A stretch of DNA of 64,000 nt from contig CM097882.1 in NCBI GenBank assembly GCA_044892505.1, positions 397,234,001 to 397,298,000 on the forward strand. Direction: 5' to 3'. The DNA is from Schmidtea nova. Taxonomy: Eukaryota. Positions within the stretch are counted from its first letter, which is position 1; each line of letters opens with the position of its first letter. This document shows positions 63,001 to 64,000 of this stretch, piece by piece. Position numbers and translations under genes: made by a program. The notes under the pieces are model-generated. The model was given only the letters and a program-made list of their open reading frames with translations. It was not told the DNA's origin and did no database searches.

Positions 63001-63247
63001 TATTTTTTAAAATAAATATATTTTAACCTGGCGCCACTTCAGCCCCATAAAGTTCACATTGCTGTCCAAATCTGCTTGTTTCTCTACAGTCGCATATATT
63101 CGGTTCTATGCATTTTCCTGGACCGCAGCCTTTTTCACAAACCGCTGGAAAAAAATAACATACATAAAAAAATTATTCATTAATATTTTGCTATTTATCC
63201 TACGTTCATTGCATATCTTTCCGGACCATCCAAGGCAACACGCTTTT
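474..63247 (-). CDS. Giant multi-exon secreted VWD/C8/TIL + discoidin-like + Thr-rich protein (gel-forming mucin / hemolectin / SCO-spondin-like), incomplete at both ends
   Basis: GT-AG exons could be chained with matching phases from 63247 to 474, except the junction after the 29.1 kb exon, which is unresolved. Motifs: VCGLCGNFD and GDPHFVTFD (VWD), C8 and TIL Cys spacing, long T/S runs. The family call comes from motif recognition; orthology was not tested. Confidence 0.85.
2239..3047 (-). CDS. Array 1 cassette (3047-2837, 2780-2239)
   Basis: 251 aa; L to F variant (KPFETG). Confidence 0.88.
3942..4810 (-). CDS. Array 1 cassette (4810-4600, 4543-3942)
   Basis: 271 aa. Confidence 0.88.
5707..6575 (-). 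CDS. Array 1 cassette (6575-6365, 6308-5707)
   Basis: 271 aa. Confidence 0.88.
7472..8340 (-). CDS. Array 1 cassette (8340-8130, 8073-7472)
   Basis: 271 aa. Confidence 0.88.
9235..10067 (-). CDS. Array 1 cassette (10067-9857, 9800-9235)
   Basis: 259 aa. Confidence 0.88.
10964..11805 (-). CDS. Array 1 cassette (11805-11595, 11538-10964)
   Basis: 262 aa. Confidence 0.88.
12702..13723 (-). CDS. Array 1 cassette (13723-13513, 13456-12702)
   Basis: 322 aa; internal linker duplication. Confidence 0.88.
14620..15629 (-). CDS. Array 1 cassette (15629-15419, 15362-14620)
   Basis: Canonical sites; 318 aa; internal linker duplication. Confidence 0.88.
17279..18492 (+). mobile_element. Mariner (DD34D-type) transposon, defective
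   Basis: STIYDHVVRLGFISDLDVWILHKL, FLKRIITRDEK, LELGWDVLPRPPYSP, DYHLFRSL; stops and frameshifts; degenerate TIRs GGTTGTTTGGAAATTTCAGCCGATTTT (about 17283) and AAAATCGACAGAGTTTCCGAACAAACC (about 18462). Confidence 0.88.
17457..17586. other. Assembly gap (130 N)
   Basis: N run. Confidence 1.
20072..20753 (-). CDS. Microexon plus TIL/vWC-like and PTS exons (20753-20739, 20668-20628, 20578-20361, 20303-20171, 20116-20072)
   Basis: LNCSC-TTTICPTTRPQCI-VPKYCLYEKTCEETCQK...CNCPTEY...LCVKSTNCNCPCMC...VGELCQINECQICQC...TTKVIPTTPGTYG. The last donor is phase 1, matching exon A at 15629. Confidence 0.75.
21400..21751 (+). mobile_element. hAT (Charlie-like) non-autonomous element
   Basis: Ends CAGTGATT...AATCACTG; TSD GACTAGAG / GACTAGAT (7 of 8); remnant of a transposase C-terminus (EMRASLS...KQVQSFH*). 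Confidence 0.7.
22432..22609 (-). CDS. Cys-rich exon
   Basis: Phase 1 to 2; CKPKCVTSIDCEW...VCKFCPPDTIEKDGYCF; donor AA|GTACGT. Confidence 0.72.
25062..25362 (-). CDS. Cys-rich exon
   Basis: ENYHVSYDEDMCCSCNAD...NCHKDCSNC...DCTCPPG...TTTTQITTTSA; acceptor TTACAG|, donor T|GTAAAT. Confidence 0.75.
26100..27910. repeat. Three degenerate copies of a roughly 100-150 bp motif (about 26100, 27300, 27820)
   Basis: Shared core GTATTGGAGTGATCA...ATATTT.ATCAAATAA. Confidence 0.65.
28837..28923. repeat. (TA)n microsatellite
   Basis: Pure TA run. Confidence 0.97.
29020..29103 (-). CDS. Probable small exon YIMPGVMFKEYCREI; donor uncertain
   Basis: Good acceptor TTTACAG| in phase 0, matching the upstream exon. 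The 3' end is ambiguous (G|GTGAGA or GGG|GTCTGT). Confidence 0.45.
29261..29761 (-). mobile_element. Intronic 166-aa ORF, possibly the C-terminal part of a pogo-like DDE transposase
   Basis: ANAFKFCGI...LHSILQRLL resembles the post-catalytic motif of pogo-family transposases. It lacks mucin-type Cys/Thr composition. Confidence 0.35.
30283..30558. mobile_element. pogo/Tigger-like short non-autonomous element
   Basis: Right end reverse complement TACAGTAATCTCTCGCCACTTCGCG; left end TACAGG...TCGCGGTTAATCCGCTCCAGAC..CCGCGATAAGTGAA. Termini resemble Tigger-like elements (recognised from memory). Confidence 0.5.
30822..31316 (-). CDS. More divergent discoidin-like module 4 (31316-31120, 31067-30822)
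   Basis: APCVIVETLQY...FSMKFTFDG...Q|IFIGEYIKSVHVIY...FSMKIFGC-FKASSCIVDGKKYW. The internal intron is phase 0, unlike the other modules. Confidence 0.7.
31365..31992 (-). CDS. Divergent discoidin-like module 3 plus S/T linker (31992-31782, 31729-31365)
   Basis: 211-nt first exon ISTKEFVNEV...SWNGT...FFRRPVTISKIKIEN; second exon ...VSLKVSIEGC plus TTT/SSS linker. Confidence 0.85.
32570..32684 (-). pseudogene. Truncated or degenerate copy of exon A with intact acceptor
   Basis: Reads GCKEKPVLISTKEYVKEIFVPIKGIYGSRFIIYIIPNKM then TAA (32568-32566). Homology to exon A is lost after about 80 nt. Confidence 0.65.
33590..34323 (-). CDS. Array 2 cassette with shorter linker (34323-34113, 34056-33590)
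   Basis: Same splice sites; linker 28 aa shorter; 226 aa. Confidence 0.88.
35232..36049 (-). CDS. Array 2 cassette (36049-35839, 35782-35232)
   Basis: Same splice sites. Confidence 0.88.
36958..37775 (-). CDS. Array 2 cassette (37775-37565, 37508-36958)
   Basis: Same splice sites. Confidence 0.88.
38684..39501 (-). CDS. Array 2 cassette (39501-39291, 39234-38684)
   Basis: Same splice sites. Confidence 0.88.
40410..41227 (-). CDS. Array 2 cassette (41227-41017, 40960-40410)
   Basis: Same splice sites; TTPRIPG variant. Confidence 0.88.
42136..42953 (-). CDS. Array 2 cassette (42953-42743, 42686-42136)
   Basis: Same splice sites; TTPGIPG variant. Confidence 0.88.
43862..44679 (-). CDS. Array 2 cassette (44679-44469, 44412-43862)
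   Basis: Same splice sites; TTPGIPG variant. Confidence 0.88.
45588..46405 (-). CDS. Array 2 cassette (exon A 46405-46195, exon B 46138-45588)
   Basis: Acceptor TTTCAG|GT TGC, 56-nt phase-2 intron, donor CCAG|GTAAAA; 254 aa. Confidence 0.88.
47110..47540 (-). mobile_element. Tc1-like transposase relic
   Basis: Minus-strand fragments VIWSDESRITLLKFEGQICCWRR...TVK, IMFWSLFSARG, ILENEL and NNAPIHT resemble the Tc1 DDE core; interrupted by stops and frameshifts. Confidence 0.72.
48385..49084 (-). CDS. PTS exon (49084-49025) and divergent discoidin-like module 2 (48974-48764, 48707-48385)
   Basis: CKENLTLVSTKEFISEI...FWTANV...FYQPIVIT...LKLKLIIMGC plus T/S linker. The first module exon is 211 nt, the same as array exon A. 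Confidence 0.8.
49480..50290. repeat. Unclassified interspersed repeat, copy 1
   Basis: Shares GCTATTCTTC, GTAATAAGCAC, CACGCTTG.AGTCAGATA, ATTGGT and CAGAGATAAC in the same order with 56150-56980. Confidence 0.55.
51429..51941 (-). CDS. Divergent discoidin-like module 1 plus Thr linker (exons 51941-51725, 51676-51429)
   Basis: CEEPVVISKWEYV...GWEPFIRDLKPQLKIEF...ILIKAKIEGC. Same two-exon layout with a phase-2 internal intron as the array cassette. Confidence 0.8.
51993..53432 (-). CDS. Short Cys-rich (vWC-like) and Thr-rich exons (53432-53336, 53295-53234, 53184-53131, 52028-51993)
   Basis: QCVSEKPQCTCKDENGKEYPLG...NCHKCTCKINGFEC, then STSTIMTTIET and TFSTAKSTTAK. Phases are consistent. 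Confidence 0.75.
52530..52584. repeat. (TA)n microsatellite
   Basis: Pure TA run. Confidence 0.97.
53607..54209. mobile_element. hAT-type MITE
   Basis: Ends TAGGGTTGCCTGG / CCTAGCAACCGTA; perfect 8-bp TSD ACTATAGA; subterminal CCGGAC repeats. Confidence 0.8.
54695..55218 (-). CDS. C8 (55218-54878) and TIL (54829-54695) exons of the third D assembly
   Basis: YYDKCVQDSCACDRGDDCLCVCTAISQYVHEC; CPPDREYKPCEKVCPETC...CMEGCFC. Phase 2 to phase 2 joins VWD3 across the 55830-56034 gap. Confidence 0.88.
55830..56034. other. Assembly gap (205 N), intronic
   Basis: N run. Confidence 1.
56150..56980. repeat. Unclassified interspersed repeat, copy 2
   Basis: Collinear diverged motifs with 49480-50290. 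Confidence 0.55.
57001..57063. repeat. (ATT)n microsatellite
   Basis: Pure ATT run. Confidence 0.97.
57123..58185 (-). CDS. TIL/vWC-like exons and VWD3
   Basis: ERKDRCNTCTCINGLWNC; CEPGCYCENG; exon 57567-57123 GLCKAWGESHYMSFDGKFFDFQGDCSYVL...VCGLCGNFDDNVDNDLR. Confidence 0.9.
58230..59597 (-). CDS. TIL end, VWD2, C8 and TIL exons
   Basis: Exons 59597-59474 and 59425-59144 (CIITGDPHFVTFD), then about 59095-58900, 58853 onward (VTGLCGNFNGD), PFKDCEALVSSDKFVTQCKHDVCNC and CPKNMVYKECGSSCSATC. Some inner boundaries are approximate. Confidence 0.85.
59723..60070. mobile_element. hAT-type MITE
   Basis: TIR CAGGGCTTCTTAAACT / AGTTTAAGAAGTCTTG; perfect 8-bp TSD ATATAAGG; subterminal GACCCC motifs. 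Confidence 0.85.
61365..62968 (-). CDS. VWD1-C8-TIL exons (62968-62748, 62264-62120, 62064-61817, 61761-61584, 61493-61365)
   Basis: CAYMNGRSYKTFD...VCGLCGLYDGNGED; TIL CPNKMIWSDCGNNCNNRC...CTPGCYC. Phases match across the 62329-62743 gap. Confidence 0.85.
62329..62743. other. Assembly gap (415 N), intronic
   Basis: N run. Confidence 1.
63028..63247 (-). CDS. N-terminal EMI-like end and EGF-like exons (63247-63204, 63144-63028)
   Basis: Spliced translation KACCLGWSGKICNEP-VCEKGCGPGKCIEPNICDCRETSRFGQQCE. Not in the ORF track. A further small exon near 63305-63340 is likely. Confidence 0.75.
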
Positions 63248-64000
63248 CTAAAGATTAGAGTTTTGTTTAATCTAACTAAACATTTAAAAAGTAAAAATTA
63301 CTTTTCTTCTGACCCACAGTAATGAGATTCTGAATTTCTGAATCAAAATATTATTTAAAATAATTCACAACTTATTATATACCCTTTAAGGAAAACAATT
63401 TGAAATTGAAGAAGTAGAAGTAGAAGCTTTAGTTGAGTCATGAGTGATATTTTCTGTTTCATCAACAGAAAACTTCAAAGATAGGTAAGTCAACTCTCAC
63501 TCGGATTTATATAGTTTTCTAAAAAAATCTAATCTCTTCTGTACACATTGTGAAAGAAGATTATTCTTCACTCGTTGAATGGTTTTGAGGAGTAATCTGA
63601 ACCACAAATATTGGTCTTGATATTGTGGTCTTATTTATTCAGTGAACACCTTTACCTAATCCGATTATGGCTGAATCCTGATAACGTTGGGAAATTTTAA
63701 TTCTCAAATTATATTTTTTGCCTCAAATATTTAGAAGCAATAAGTAAAAATAGCAAAAAAAATTATTTTCCATTTTCTTTTTTTGAAATTTAATTTGTTT
63801 TTATAAAGATTTTTATAAAATTAAATTTTTGATCAATAATTTTTTATAACTATCTTTTGGTTTCACCTTTGACCTTTTTTATTCAATAATTTTCATATTT
63901 ACCATTTGGAAGACAATAGATATTTTTGACTATTTTGCTTGATTGGTACTCGATATTTCAGTTCAGCCTTTATCAAGTTTGCATACACACTTGATAAAGG

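Noticed and set aside
63967-64000. 12-bp perfect inverted repeat at the window end
   Set aside because: Truncated by the window edge, with no context to interpret.

Overview
AT-rich eukaryotic (invertebrate-type) genomic DNA with three N gaps. Nearly the whole window is one giant spliced gene on the minus strand, reconstructed here by matching GT/AG sites and intron phases. It belongs to the VWD-C8-TIL superfamily (gel-forming mucin / hemolectin / SCO-spondin-like). Reading from about 63.3 kb leftward: EMI-like and EGF-like exons; three VWD-C8-TIL assemblies; a short Cys-rich region; two divergent discoidin (F5/8 type C)-like modules with Thr-rich linkers; a near-perfect 8-unit tandem array of a two-exon cassette (period 1726 bp); two more divergent modules; a TIL/vWC-like Cys-rich block with a probable 15-nt microexon; and a second, separately homogenised array of at least 9 units (period about 1.70-1.92 kb) that runs off the left edge. 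The 17 cassettes alone add about 4500 aa. The ORF-track starts in the arrays are intronic artefacts. Introns carry a Ty3/gypsy relic interrupted by a mariner, a Tc1 relic, three hAT MITEs with 8-bp TSDs, pogo-like pieces and microsatellites. The species and the gene's 5' and 3' ends cannot be determined from this window.
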